64,000 bases of DNA from an uncultured Acidobacteriota bacterium (GCA_963804995.1 CAWDSK010000004.1:64001-128000), one strand, 5' to 3'. Shown: positions 27,740 through 38,189, counted from the stretch's first letter. Made by a program: numbers and translations. Notes: generated from the sequence alone by a model not told the origin.

Positions 27740-30394
27740 ATGAAGGACGCTAAATTAAAGGGTGATCAAACGCTCGCAATTGTTGCGTCACCCGGAGCGA
27801 GTTACCGCCGCCCACAGGTTGAGGGGAAATTCTTACTACTGGGTGACGAGAAATTCTTTATTAAGGGTGTCACCTACGGTTCCTTTCCTCCCAACCAAGC
27901 GGGCCAGCAGTTTCCAGAGCCCCCGGATGTCGCCCGGGACTTCGCGCTCATGCGGGCCGCCGGAATCAACACTCTCCTGACCTACACCGTGCCACCCCTT
28001 TCGCTTTTGGACCAGGCGCAAGAATATGGCCTCCGGGTCATCACGGTCGTGCCCTGGATGGAGTACGTCTGCTTCCTGGAAGACAGTAACGTCCGGAAGC
28101 AAATGCTGCGCGAGGTCAAGGCGGGCGTGGCAGCGTGCCGCCGGCACCCGGCGGTGCTCATGTACTGCGTTGGCAAGGAAATTCCTCCCGCCATCGTCCG
28201 GTGGCACGGTCGCAAAAAGGTTGAGGCTTTCCTGAAGGACCTTTGCCAAGTCGCCAAGGATGAAGATCCCGAAAGCCTGGTGACCTATACGAATTTTCCG
28301 ACCACCGAGTACCTGGAGCTTCCCTTCGTCGACGTTTTCACTTTCAACGTCTACCTGCATAATCGCCCGGATTTCAGCGCTTATCTCTCGCGCCTCCAGC
28401 ACCTGGCAGGGGAACTTCCGCTGGTCTTAACTGAGTTCGGGCAGTGCAGCTTCCGGCACGGAAGAGACGGACAGGCGAATTTTCTGGACTGGCAGATCGA
28501 GGAGATCTTTGATCACGGGTCTGCCGGAGCAGTTATTTTTGGCTGGACCGATCCCTTTTATCAGGACAACAGCCTGGTGGAGGAATGGGGTTTCGGCCTG
28601 GTCGACGCCGAGCGCCGGCCCAAGCCTTCGTATGAGGCCGTTCAGCGCCGGTTCACCAGCGCGATTCCCTTCCCCCCGGAGCGGCAGTGGCCGAAGGTAT
28701 CGGTGGTGGTTGGGGCGTACAACGCGGCGCGGACACTCGAAAGTTGTCTCGTCTCCCTGCAAAAACTTCGCTATCCCGATTACGAGGTGATCGTCGTCAA
28801 CGACGGTTCCACGGACGCGACGGAAGAAATCGCCCGCCGTTTCCCGTTCCGCTGCATCAGTACGCCGAACCAAGGGATCAGCGCCGCCAGGAACGAAGGG
28901 CTAAGGGCGGCCCAGGGTGAAATCGTTGCCTACATCGACTCCGACGCGGAAGCCGATCCTGACTGGCTCCATTACCTGGCGGTCACTTATAGCAAGTTCA
29001 AAGTAGCGGGAGTGGGTGGCCCGAACGTTGTCCCGGCTGCCGACAACTGGGTCGCCAAGTGTGTCTATCGATCGCCGGGTGGGCCTACTCAAGTCATGTT
29101 GGATGACGAGTACGCTGAGCATATTCCTGGTTGCAACATGTCTTTCCGCAGATCGGCCCTGGAGAAGATTGGGGGGTTCGACCCCATTTTCCGGGCGGCG
29201 GCAGACGACGTCGATATCTGCTGGCGTTTGCAAGAAAACGGCTACCGGATTGGCTTCAGCCCTTCCGCACTCGTATGGCATCATCGGCGCCCATCGATAC
29301 GGGCTTTTTGGAGCCAGCAGGTGGGCTATGGAGTTTCGGAATCCTATCTGGAACGAAAGGTCCCCAATAAGTTCAATCCGTGGGGCCATGCTTTCTGGGC
29401 GGGGAGGATCTACGCACCCTATCCTTTCTTCCGGCTGATGGGCCGGCCTTCCGTCTATCACGGCCTTTGGGGTTCGGCGCCCTTCCAGCCCATGTATGAC
29501 CCAGGACCGGGAGGCGTTTTAAGTTTCCTGCCGCGCGCCATGGAGTTGCACCTCGCCATGATGGCGCTGGGCCTGCTGGGAATCTTCTTTCCCTGGGCTC
29601 TCATTTTGTTCGGCTTGGGATTGGTTTACACGTTTACCTACTGCGCTTCTTGCGCCCTCAAGGCAAACTTGAATGTTCTGGTTGCTACTGATGGCCCACC
29701 CACATTCTTCCGTCAGCTCAAGTGGCGAGCCATGATCGCCCTCTTGCATTTTCTCGAGCCCGTGGCGCGAGACTGGGGGCGACTGAAGGGTGGCCTTACG
29801 CCCTGGCGCACCGTCACAGCCGCAGCTCGCACGCAGCATCGCGCCAGTTCGTGGTGGCAGCGATTGTGGCCTTTCAAGCGCCAAGCCCGCTGGAGCATCC
29901 CTGGAACAATGACCTTAGAGAAGTTTGATTTTCTTGACCGCCTCCTCAAGAGACTCGGGGCAGGAGGTTGCGCGGTGGGGTGGAATCCGACCACGGAAGA
30001 TTGGGACCTCAAGATAAGGCGCGGAGCTCTGGGCGTGGCTTGGCTTCGGATGGTCATTGAGCATCACGGTGGGCCGAAAAGGCTGGCTCGGTTATCGGTG
30101 ATGATCAAGCCGCCGCGGTTGGTGCCCTGGACTCTGGGAGCCATTGTAGCGCTGGCGGGAATCGCCGGCTGGCTCGGTTACCACATTCCTTCCGCCGTGC
30201 TGGCCGGGGGATTCGCGTTCTTGTGGATCGTCGTCCTCGCGGAGGCGAACCGTCTGGAAGCCGTCAGCATATCCTCTGCTGCTGAGGTGGCCGAAGAACT
30301 TGAGAGGGCCAGCCAGGCGGATCAAGCATCCACCGCGTGGCCAAAGCGATTGCCTGAGGGCGAGCCAGTAAAACAGCGCCATGCCGGAGCATAA
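27740..30394 (+). CDS. Fusion of a GH2-like TIM barrel, a GT2 glycosyltransferase and a membrane C-terminus
   Basis: FFIKGVTYG, HPAVLMYCVGKEI, LVLTEFG; then VSVVVGAYN, VNDGSTD, YIDSDA, GCNMSF, GGFD, DDVD; TM segments. Confidence 0.88.
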   Translation: MKDAKLKGDQTLAIVASPGASYRRPQVEGKFLLLGDEKFFIKGVTYGSFPPNQAGQQFPEPPDVARDFALMRAAGINTLLTYTVPPLSLLDQAQEYGLRVITVVPWMEYVCFLEDSNVRKQMLREVKAGVAACRRHPAVLMYCVGKEIPPAIVRWHGRKKVEAFLKDLCQVAKDEDPESLVTYTNFPTTEYLELPFVDVFTFNVYLHNRPDFSAYLSRLQHLAGELPLVLTEFGQCSFRHGRDGQANFLDWQIEEIFDHGSAGAVIFGWTDPFYQDNSLVEEWGFGLVDAERRPKPSYEAVQRRFTSAIPFPPERQWPKVSVVVGAYNAARTLESCLVSLQKLRYPDYEVIVVNDGSTDATEEIARRFPFRCISTPNQGISAARNEGLRAAQGEIVAYIDSDAEADPDWLHYLAVTYSKFKVAGVGGPNVVPAADNWVAKCVYRSPGGPTQVMLDDEYAEHIPGCNMSFRRSALEKIGGFDPIFRAAADDVDICWRLQENGYRIGFSPSALVWHHRRPSIRAFWSQQVGYGVSESYLERKVPNKFNPWGHAFWAGRIYAPYPFFRLMGRPSVYHGLWGSAPFQPMYDPGPGGVLSFLPRAMELHLAMMALGLLGIFFPWALILFGLGLVYTFTYCASCALKANLNVLVATDGPPTFFRQLKWRAMIALLHFLEPVARDWGRLKGGLTPWRTVTAAARTQHRASSWWQRLWPFKRQARWSIPGTMTLEKFDFLDRLLKRLGAGGCAVGWNPTTEDWDLKIRRGALGVAWLRMVIEHHGGPKRLARLSVMIKPPRLVPWTLGAIVALAGIAGWLGYHIPSAVLAGGFAFLWIVVLAEANRLEAVSISSAAEVAEELERASQADQASTAWPKRLPEGEPVKQRHAGA

Positions 30395-32132
30395 ATCACG
30401 TACAGACTTGCAATTGATGGGCCGCCTGATGCGGCTATCGCGCCCTTATCGGCTTCACCTGGCAACGATCCTGGGGCTCAACCTCCTGCAAACTCCCCTC
30501 ACACTCCTCGCCCCTGTCCCCATCAAAATCGTGGTGGACAGCGTCCTGGGATCGCACCCGCTCCCGGGCGGCCTCGCATGGGCCATCCCCCGCGGGCTCG
30601 AAGCATCTGCCAATGCCAAGCTCACGCTCGCAGTGGGATTGATCATCGTGGTCACGCTACTCACCTACGGCGGCTCGCTTGCCAGTTGGTGGTTGCAAAC
30701 CTTCACCGGCGAGAACCTGATGCTCGAATTTCGCCGGAAACTCTTCGGACACGTGCAGCGGCTCTCGCTTTCCTATCACGACACCCAAGGAACCACGGAC
30801 TCCACTTACCGGATACAATACGACGCCGATTCGATCCAGACGGTAACGATTAATGGGGCGATTCCACTCCTCAATTCCGCCTTTACCGTTGTCTCCATGG
30901 TGATGGTTACGGCGTTCCTGGATCTGAAACTCTCCTTGATCGCGCTTTCCGTATGCCCGGTACTCTACGCCGTGATCCTGCGCTACCGTCATCTGATACG
31001 GGACCGGTGGAGAGTCGTAAAGCAATACGATAGCTCAGCCATGAACGTGGTACAGGAGGTCCTTTCCTCCCTGCGGGTCGTGAAGGCCTTCGGCCGTGAA
31101 GAGGATGAGCAGGCACGCTTTTCCCGCCAGGCGGACAAACGCGTGGAGAATCAGATCCGGCTTGCTGCCCTCCATGGTCAATTCGATTTATTTGTGGGCT
31201 TGACGATTGCAGTGGGTTCGGCGTCAGTGCTTTTGGTGGGAGTACATGACGTGCGATCCGGATACTTGACTCTGGGCTCGTTGCTGGTGGTGTTGTCTTA
31301 CCTGACGCAATTGTACGAACCCCTGCGCGCCATCAGCACGAAACTCACCGATCTGCAGGCCGGCTTGACCGGGGCAGAACGTGCCTTCAAGCTTTTGGAC
31401 GAACTGCCCGAGGTCATTGACCACCCGGGGGCCAAACGCCTTAGGAAAGCATCGGGAGCAGTGGCTTTCGAGAACGTGCGGTTTTCCTACGAACCCGCCA
31501 GGCCCGTGCTGAAAGATATTTCTTTCGAAGCCCCGCCCGGCGCCAAGGTGGGAATCCAGGGACGGACGGGGGCCGGCAAGAGTACGCTCATGACCCTGTT
31601 GATGCGGTTCTACGATCCGGAATCCGGACGGATTCTGCTGGATGGGGTGGACCTTCGCGATTATCGGGTGGCCGATCTGCGCAGCCAGTTTGGCCTGGTC
31701 CTCCAAGACCCTGTGCTATTTTCAACTTCCCTGGCTGAGAACATCGGGTACGGGAAGCCCGGGGCAACCCAAGATGAGATTATGGAAGCTGCGCGCCGCG
31801 CCAATGCGCACGATTTCATCTCGGCTCTTCCCGATGGGTACGAGACTCAAGTGGGAGAACGCGGCATGAAACTCTCGGGGGGAGAGCGCCAGCGTATCTC
31901 CCTGGCCCGCGCCTTCCTCCGCGATGCTCCCATCCTGATTCTCGATGAACCCACCAGTTCAGTCGACCTCAAGACGGAGCAAGCCATCCTGGAGGCCCTG
32001 GAGCGCCTGATGGAGGGCCGCACGACGTTCATTATTGCCCACCGGCTCTCGACGCTCGAAGGGTGTGACCTGCGATTGGAAATGGAGCAAGGGCGCCTCA
32101 CGGTACAAACCCAGCGGAGGTGCCCGGCGTGA
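30381..32132 (+). CDS. ABC exporter with fused permease and ATPase (MsbA-like)
   Basis: TM domain; GRTGAGKS, LSGGERQR, LILDEPTS, IAHRL. Confidence 0.95.
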   Translation: MPEHKSRTDLQLMGRLMRLSRPYRLHLATILGLNLLQTPLTLLAPVPIKIVVDSVLGSHPLPGGLAWAIPRGLEASANAKLTLAVGLIIVVTLLTYGGSLASWWLQTFTGENLMLEFRRKLFGHVQRLSLSYHDTQGTTDSTYRIQYDADSIQTVTINGAIPLLNSAFTVVSMVMVTAFLDLKLSLIALSVCPVLYAVILRYRHLIRDRWRVVKQYDSSAMNVVQEVLSSLRVVKAFGREEDEQARFSRQADKRVENQIRLAALHGQFDLFVGLTIAVGSASVLLVGVHDVRSGYLTLGSLLVVLSYLTQLYEPLRAISTKLTDLQAGLTGAERAFKLLDELPEVIDHPGAKRLRKASGAVAFENVRFSYEPARPVLKDISFEAPPGAKVGIQGRTGAGKSTLMTLLMRFYDPESGRILLDGVDLRDYRVADLRSQFGLVLQDPVLFSTSLAENIGYGKPGATQDEIMEAARRANAHDFISALPDGYETQVGERGMKLSGGERQRISLARAFLRDAPILILDEPTSSVDLKTEQAILEALERLMEGRTTFIIAHRLSTLEGCDLRLEMEQGRLTVQTQRRCPA

Positions 32133-33271
32133 AGAAAGTGGTCCTGAGCACCGGGGGTCTGAGCGGCTCGCAAGGTTTTGGCGGCTCCATTTGGGTTCGC
32201 CTGCAATATGCTCTGGGCTTGCGCCGATTGGGGATTGAGTGTTACTGGGTCGATCATCTCAACCGGGTCGATCCCGTCCAGTACCGTTGCGAGCTGAGCT
32301 TTCTGCTGGCGCGCTTCCGCCGGCTGATGAGCGATTTTGGCTTCCACGATCACTATTGCGTGGTTTATGACGGTGGCGAACAACATTTTGGAATGAGCGC
32401 CACCGCCCTGGCGGCTCTCGCTAAAGACACCGGCCTTCTGATAAACCTCAGTGCTACCCCGCCGCCAGGTTCACCGCTGCACTCCGTACCACGGCGCGCC
32501 TATTTCGATCTCGACCCGGGGTTTACCCAGATTTGGGCCCTTGGCCAGAACGACCTCGACCTCAAGAGGTACAACTTTTTCTTCACGGTTGGCCAGAATA
32601 TTGGCCGCCCGGAGTTCCGAATTCCCCTTGGCCAAATCAACTGGCGACCCACTCTGCCCCCTGTGGTGCTCGAACAGTGGCCGCCCTTTATCGACAACCG
32701 TTACGATAGTTTTACAACCATCGCCGATTGGTGGGGCTCGCAACATGTGGTGTTTAACGATGAGGAGCACAGCGGCAAGCGCTCGGAATTCCTCCGCATA
32801 CTGCCGCTGCCGAGGGAGAGCGGGCAGAAAATCGAACTTGCTCTGCTCATCAATCCGGGTGAACACGAGGACCTCCGCCTGTTGCGGGAGCACCAATGGA
32901 AGCTGGTCGATCCCTATCTGTATGCTGGGGACCCGGGAGTTTACCGCGAATTCATCCGGCACTCGCGCGCGGAGTTCAGCGTCGCCAAAAGCGGGTACGT
33001 GAAATCCCAAGGGGGCTGGATCAGCGATCGCACCGCCTGCTACCTCGCCTCGGGAAAACCCGCGCTGGTTCAATCCACCGGTCTCGAATGGAAATTGCCC
33101 GTGGGAAGGGGCTTGCTGACCTTCCGGACCCTGGAAGAGGCGGTCGCGGGGGTCCGCCAGATCAACGCAGATTATCTGGCGCATTGCCAGGCGGCTAGGG
33201 CCGTGGCGGAGAAATACTTCGACTCTGACCTGGTGCTGGGAAGCATTCTGGAGCAGGTGGGCCTGTCGTGA
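32129..33271 (+). CDS. Putative GT-B glycosyltransferase-like protein, paralog 1
   Basis: GTGA-coupled start; SRAEFSVAK..GWISDRTACYLASGKP..STG; similar to 33291 and 35223. Confidence 0.65.
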   Translation: MKKVVLSTGGLSGSQGFGGSIWVRLQYALGLRRLGIECYWVDHLNRVDPVQYRCELSFLLARFRRLMSDFGFHDHYCVVYDGGEQHFGMSATALAALAKDTGLLINLSATPPPGSPLHSVPRRAYFDLDPGFTQIWALGQNDLDLKRYNFFFTVGQNIGRPEFRIPLGQINWRPTLPPVVLEQWPPFIDNRYDSFTTIADWWGSQHVVFNDEEHSGKRSEFLRILPLPRESGQKIELALLINPGEHEDLRLLREHQWKLVDPYLYAGDPGVYREFIRHSRAEFSVAKSGYVKSQGGWISDRTACYLASGKPALVQSTGLEWKLPVGRGLLTFRTLEEAVAGVRQINADYLAHCQAARAVAEKYFDSDLVLGSILEQVGLS

Positions 33272-33290
33272 GGGAACGGGAGAAACGCAG

Positions 33291-34505
33291 GTGAAACGAC
33301 GGTTCGTGGTGGTGGGGACCATGGCATCGCAGCCGTACGCGGGTATGGCGTGGACGCACATGCAGATCACCGCCGGGTTGAAGAATCTCGGCCACGACGT
33401 GTACTACTTCGAGGTCACTTCCACGTGGCCCTATGATCCTATCCGCAAGACCAACGTCCAAGACTCGGATTACACGCTTCCCTACCTCGAGCGCGTCGCC
33501 GGGAGCTTTGGGTTGGGCGATCGATGGGCCTATCGACGCAGTTACCTCGATAATGAATGGTTTGGGCTGGGCCGGCGCCAAGCCAAAGACTTGTTGCGCG
33601 ATGCCGATGCGGTCTTTAATATTTCCGGCTCCACCTTGCTGCGGACTCGGGAGGATCTGGACGTCGGTAATCTGGTGTTCCTGGAAACGGACCCGGTCTT
33701 TCTCGAGATCGGTTGGGCGGAGGGCGATAAATTTTCCCACAAAGTCGTTGAGCAGCACGATCAATTTGCCACCTACGGCGAGAATGTCGGCGAGCCAGAT
33801 TGCCCCATCCCCCCGCTGCCAGGGCTGAAGGCACGCACGCGCCAGCCGATCCTGCTCGATCTCTGGTCTCCCACGGGTAACCCGCGCCCCGAGTTTACAA
33901 CCGTGTGCAATTGGCGGCAGGAAGGCTTGGATTGCGAATTTCGGGGCGAAACATACTATTGGAGTAAGCACCGTGAGTTTCTGAAGTTCATCGATCTACC
34001 CAGACGAACCAGCCAGCCCCTCGAGCTTGCCATGGGACTGGTGGACACGGCGGATACGCGGCCGGATGCGCGCGAGTCGACTCGTGCTGTAGGCATGACG
34101 GCCGACGAACGCCGGCTACTCGACCACAACGGGTGGCGGCTCACCAACGCCCACGAATTCACGCTGGATCCCTGGCCCTATCGCGACTATGTCCGCTCCT
34201 CGCGGGGCGAGTTCACCGTAGCCAAGGACCAGAATGTGAGGCTGCGCAGCGGCTGGTTCAGCGAGCGGAGCGCATGTTACTTGGCAGCAGGACGCCCTGT
34301 GGTCACGCAGGACACGGGCTTCGGCCGGACGATTCCCACCGGAGAGGGTCTGTTTGCGTTTAATACCACCGAAGAGGCGCGGGCTGCCATCGAGGCGATC
34401 AACTCCGATTATGAGCGCCATAGCCGGGCGGCCCGCCAGGTCGCCGAGGAGTACTTCCGCGCCGAAACGGTCCTGGCCAAGCTCCTCGCCGATTTGGGGC
34501 TGTAA
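33291..34505 (+). CDS. Putative GT-B glycosyltransferase-like protein, paralog 2
   Basis: GL..LGHDVYY; SRGEFTVAK..GWFSERSACYLAAGRPVVTQDTGF. Confidence 0.65.
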   Translation: MKRRFVVVGTMASQPYAGMAWTHMQITAGLKNLGHDVYYFEVTSTWPYDPIRKTNVQDSDYTLPYLERVAGSFGLGDRWAYRRSYLDNEWFGLGRRQAKDLLRDADAVFNISGSTLLRTREDLDVGNLVFLETDPVFLEIGWAEGDKFSHKVVEQHDQFATYGENVGEPDCPIPPLPGLKARTRQPILLDLWSPTGNPRPEFTTVCNWRQEGLDCEFRGETYYWSKHREFLKFIDLPRRTSQPLELAMGLVDTADTRPDARESTRAVGMTADERRLLDHNGWRLTNAHEFTLDPWPYRDYVRSSRGEFTVAKDQNVRLRSGWFSERSACYLAAGRPVVTQDTGFGRTIPTGEGLFAFNTTEEARAAIEAINSDYERHSRAARQVAEEYFRAETVLAKLLADLGL

Positions 34506-34508
34506 AAG

Positions 34509-35219
34509 ATGGAGACGCCCATGCGCAGCCTGATCGTGAACGCCGATGATTTCGGCCAAAGCCCCGGAGTCAACCGGGGAATCATGCAGGCTCGCGAAAA
34601 GGGTATTGTGACCAGTACCAGCCTGATGGTGCGCTGGCCCGCGGCCCGGGAAGCCGCTGCCTACGCTCGCCGCAATCCCGACTTCAGCGTGGGTTTACAC
34701 CTCGATTTCTGCGAGTGGACTTACCGCGAGGGCGACTGGAAACCCCTCTACGAAGTGGTTTCCCTTTCCGATGGACCGGCCGCAGAGGCGGAGGTGTGGA
34801 GGCAGCTCGGAGCCTTCGAGGTATTGGTGGGGAAGCCCCCCACGCACCTGGATTCCCACCAACACATGCACTTAAGACCGTCAGTGCTCCCCCGAGTGGA
34901 AAAGATAGCCGCGACCCTGGGGGTACCGCTGCGCCGTCGTAGCTCTCAGGTGCGCTACTGCGGAGATTTCTACGGCCAGCTTGAGCACGGTGAACCCTTC
35001 CCCGAAGGGGTGAGCGTGGAACGGCTTCTGGGAATCTTACAAGCGCTCCCCGAAGGTTACACCGAACTCGGATGCCATCCGGGTTTCGCCGCAGACTTGG
35101 AGACCATGTACGGGCGCGAGCGGGAGACGGAACTAGCGACTTTGTGTGATCCGGCGATTCGCGCCGCGATTCAGACCTCTGGAATTAATCTCTGTTCGTT
35201 CGCGGGGCTGCGAGGCTGA
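34509..35219 (+). CDS. YdjC/ChbG/HpnK family carbohydrate deacetylase
   Basis: LIVNADDFG, GLHL, PTHLDSHQH, ELGCHPG, RE.EL..L. Confidence 0.9.
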   Translation: METPMRSLIVNADDFGQSPGVNRGIMQAREKGIVTSTSLMVRWPAAREAAAYARRNPDFSVGLHLDFCEWTYREGDWKPLYEVVSLSDGPAAEAEVWRQLGAFEVLVGKPPTHLDSHQHMHLRPSVLPRVEKIAATLGVPLRRRSSQVRYCGDFYGQLEHGEPFPEGVSVERLLGILQALPEGYTELGCHPGFAADLETMYGRERETELATLCDPAIRAAIQTSGINLCSFAGLRG

Positions 35220-35222
35220 AAG

Positions 35223-36368
35223 ATGGCACGCGTCATCATCGGCGCCTATCTGGTTCGGATGCCATTGGGCGGATACCAATCCTTGGTTTTGCAATGGTTG
35301 CTGGGATTTCATCGTCTCGGGCACGAGGTCTATTGCGTGGAGAAAAGTGGATGGCCCGGGTCCTGCTACGACCCGACGGCCGATGATATGGGAGACGATT
35401 GCTCCTACGGCACCAGGGTCACCCATGATTTACTGAGCCAGTATGGTCTCGGCGACTGTTGGTGCTACGTGGATGCCACTGGGAAGTATCATGGGATGCA
35501 AAGGGAGCAAATTGAGAATATTTTCCAAACCGCCGATTTGTTCATCGATCACCTGCGGGATTGCGAGTGGGAGACGGAAGCCCGATCCACTCGGGTGCGC
35601 GCCATGGTGGACCAGGAACCAGGGTACACCCAGATGCGCATGGCCAATCGGCTGGAGCAAGGGCTGGCAGTTTCGCGATACGATCAATACTATACCGTTG
35701 GCCTGAGCCTAGGCCGAGGTGAGAGCACGGTCCCCACCCTGGGGCTTACCTGGCGACCTACCTTCAACCCCGCTGTAACCGATCTGTTCCCCTATAGGCC
35801 CCCGCCCGCGCGCTCCCCCTTTACTACCGTCATGATGTGGAAGCCCATAGGGCCCATCCGCTACCAGGGTGTCGCTTATGGAACCAAGGAAATGGAATTT
35901 CCCAAATTCATCGACCTCCCCCATCGCACCTCGATCCCTTTAGAACTTGCGGTGGGCGGGATGGAGGCTTGCCGCGAGGAATTGCGCAGAAGCGGCTGGC
36001 AGGTGCGTGATGGCCTGGAGGTCTCCACAACCTTCGATAGGTGGCGGCAATATATATCCGATTCGCGCGGTGAATTCAGCGTCTGCAAGAACTACTACGT
36101 CGCCACCCACACGGGCTTTTTCAGCGATCGCAGCGCGGCCTATCTCGCCGCCGGCCGGCCTGTCGTCATGCAGGACACAGGTTTCAGCGCTCACCTTCCC
36201 TGCGGCCGGGGCCTTTTCGCGGTGCGCAATGTCGACGACGCCGTGGCTGCCTTGGAGGCCATCGAAGGTGATTACGAACGGCATTCCAGGTGGGCGCGGG
36301 AGCTCGCCTGCGAGTATCTGGAAGCAGAAAAAGTCCTCGCCAGGATGCTGCGCGAGTTGGAACTGTGA
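35223..36368 (+). CDS. Putative GT-B glycosyltransferase-like protein, paralog 3
   Basis: LGHEVY; SRGEFSVCK..GFFSDRSAAYLAAGRPVVMQDTGF. Confidence 0.65.
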   Translation: MARVIIGAYLVRMPLGGYQSLVLQWLLGFHRLGHEVYCVEKSGWPGSCYDPTADDMGDDCSYGTRVTHDLLSQYGLGDCWCYVDATGKYHGMQREQIENIFQTADLFIDHLRDCEWETEARSTRVRAMVDQEPGYTQMRMANRLEQGLAVSRYDQYYTVGLSLGRGESTVPTLGLTWRPTFNPAVTDLFPYRPPPARSPFTTVMMWKPIGPIRYQGVAYGTKEMEFPKFIDLPHRTSIPLELAVGGMEACREELRRSGWQVRDGLEVSTTFDRWRQYISDSRGEFSVCKNYYVATHTGFFSDRSAAYLAAGRPVVMQDTGFSAHLPCGRGLFAVRNVDDAVAALEAIEGDYERHSRWARELACEYLEAEKVLARMLRELEL

Positions 36369-37042
36369 GCCGGAGTCAGGTCGGGGAGGATCAGACGAGT
36401 ATCATGCCGCCCACGCGGATTAGCAAACGATGTAAAGGTTTCTTTGACAGGATCTGGCGCCAAGGGGATTTCTGGCAACTGGAAAGCTCGCCGTTTGAGC
36501 GGGCCAAGTATGAACGCCAGGCCGCCTTGCTGGCCGACCGCCGCTATAGACGGGTCTTGGAAGTTGGTTGTGGCGCAGGCGCATTCACCCGACAACTTTC
36601 CACCCTGGCCGAGCATGTTTTGGCCGTGGACGTGGCGCCCGCCGCCATTGAACGGGCCCTGGCAAACCGCCCGGCTGGGGATCAGGTCGAATTCCAGGTT
36701 GCCGATATCATGGAGCACGATTTTGGTGCTGATCCCCCTTGGGATTTGATTGTCATCAGCGAAACAATTTACTATCTGGGATGGCTGTATTCGTTTTTTG
36801 ATGTCGCCTGGCTCGTCCATAAGATGTTCGCAGTTACGGAGTCCGGCGGCAGGGCCATCATGGTAAACACCCTGGGCACCGGAACCGACTATCTCCTCTA
36901 CCCCTGGATCATAAGGACGTATCGTGACCTGTTTGTCAACGCCGGGTATGCGTTGCAGGTCGAGGAGGTGCTCCGGGGTGTTAAGAAGGGCATCGAGTTG
37001 GAGGCTTTGATCACGCTGTTCGCGAAACCGCTTCAGGAGTGA
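36365..37042 (+). CDS. NodS-like SAM-dependent methyltransferase
   Basis: DFWQLESSPFERAKY, VLEVGCGAG.FT, AVDV, DLIVISE..YY; GTGA-coupled start assumed. Confidence 0.8.
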   Translation: MSRSQVGEDQTSIMPPTRISKRCKGFFDRIWRQGDFWQLESSPFERAKYERQAALLADRRYRRVLEVGCGAGAFTRQLSTLAEHVLAVDVAPAAIERALANRPAGDQVEFQVADIMEHDFGADPPWDLIVISETIYYLGWLYSFFDVAWLVHKMFAVTESGGRAIMVNTLGTGTDYLLYPWIIRTYRDLFVNAGYALQVEEVLRGVKKGIELEALITLFAKPLQE

Positions 37043-37108
37043 AACCAGCAGGTCCCTGCTGCGGGGTCACCCGTATTTCATCCGCACACTTAACTTCCAG
37101 GAGAATCC

Positions 37109-38020
37109 ATGCTTATCGGAGGGCCGTCCTTTACTGTTTATGAATGGTACACGACTCCGGAGTTTCTGATCTCGGCGGTGGTTCCTGATGCGACGATTAT
37201 CACCGGTTCCGTCGAAGACAGCATCGAGAACATCCAGCCTAAACTGCCCTCTCACCTCACCTCGTTTCTGTTCCATTTGAACTGCACCAAAACCGCGCTT
37301 TTCCCCATTTGCCGGCCTCGGCTGATTGAGCACCTCAACTCCCGGGGAGTGCCCATCCTCAATGCCCATGCTACCGACATTTCAAAAAGATACATTCAGC
37401 AGAAATGTGCAGATTTGGGCCTTCCTACCACGCTCGCTTCCCGCGAGGGTGACCCCGAAGAGAAGGTGATGGTAAAAACCAACCTGAACTTCGCCGGAGC
37501 ATCCGAATGGGGGCTCACTCCTGAGCAGCGCACTATGCTGGGCCTCGGCAAAGGGTCTGATTTCATCTATGACCCGTTCCAGTATTTGGTCATGCCGCGA
37601 CGGGAAGTAAACGCTTCCTGGTGGGACGACGAAAACCTCATCTGCGAGCGGTTCATTACCAACCAAGAGCACCGCTGGTCGCGCAGTTTTGTTTTTCTCA
37701 ACAAGCTGGTGACCCTGGACATGACCAACCCGATGCAAGTCAAATATCCGGGGATGAGTGTTCTCAAGCAAATGTGGAAATTGGTGCTGGCCGACGGATC
37801 AGCAGCAGATCAGGACGGCGCGGACGTCCCCGCCTGGATTCAGGGCCTGGCCCGCTTCATCAAAGCATTCCCGTTGGACATGGGAACCCTGGACGTGGTG
37901 CAGGATGACTTGGGCAACGCTTACATCGTCGACGTCAACACCACCCCCGCCTTCGGCGCTAAGCCCGTGCCGGGCTTGGCCGAACACCTGCAAGGAGCGC
38001 TCATTCGGGCTTCGAGTTAG
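37109..38020 (+). CDS. ATP-grasp-like hypothetical protein
   Basis: DISKR, VMVKT.LN.AG, ICERFI, LDMGTLDVV..GNAYIVDVNTTP. Confidence 0.6.
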   Translation: MLIGGPSFTVYEWYTTPEFLISAVVPDATIITGSVEDSIENIQPKLPSHLTSFLFHLNCTKTALFPICRPRLIEHLNSRGVPILNAHATDISKRYIQQKCADLGLPTTLASREGDPEEKVMVKTNLNFAGASEWGLTPEQRTMLGLGKGSDFIYDPFQYLVMPRREVNASWWDDENLICERFITNQEHRWSRSFVFLNKLVTLDMTNPMQVKYPGMSVLKQMWKLVLADGSAADQDGADVPAWIQGLARFIKAFPLDMGTLDVVQDDLGNAYIVDVNTTPAFGAKPVPGLAEHLQGALIRASS

Positions 38021-38189
38021 CTCCGCTTGCTCATAGGGAGGAGGGGGCGGATCCAAAGATGAGTGGGCTGAAACAATCTGCGGTTTGCCGAAGGTACGTC
38101 CACCTGGCCGCCCGCTGGGGGAGATAGCTGGCGACTTGCGAACGATGCAAGAGTAGATTGTGATGCGGCGAAGGCCCTTCACGAAACTC

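Noticed and set aside
27740..38020. True nod genes or a hopanoid (hpn) cluster
   Set aside because: No NodA/NodB/NodC orthology evident and no squalene-hopene cyclase or radical SAM genes; the resemblance is to reaction logic only
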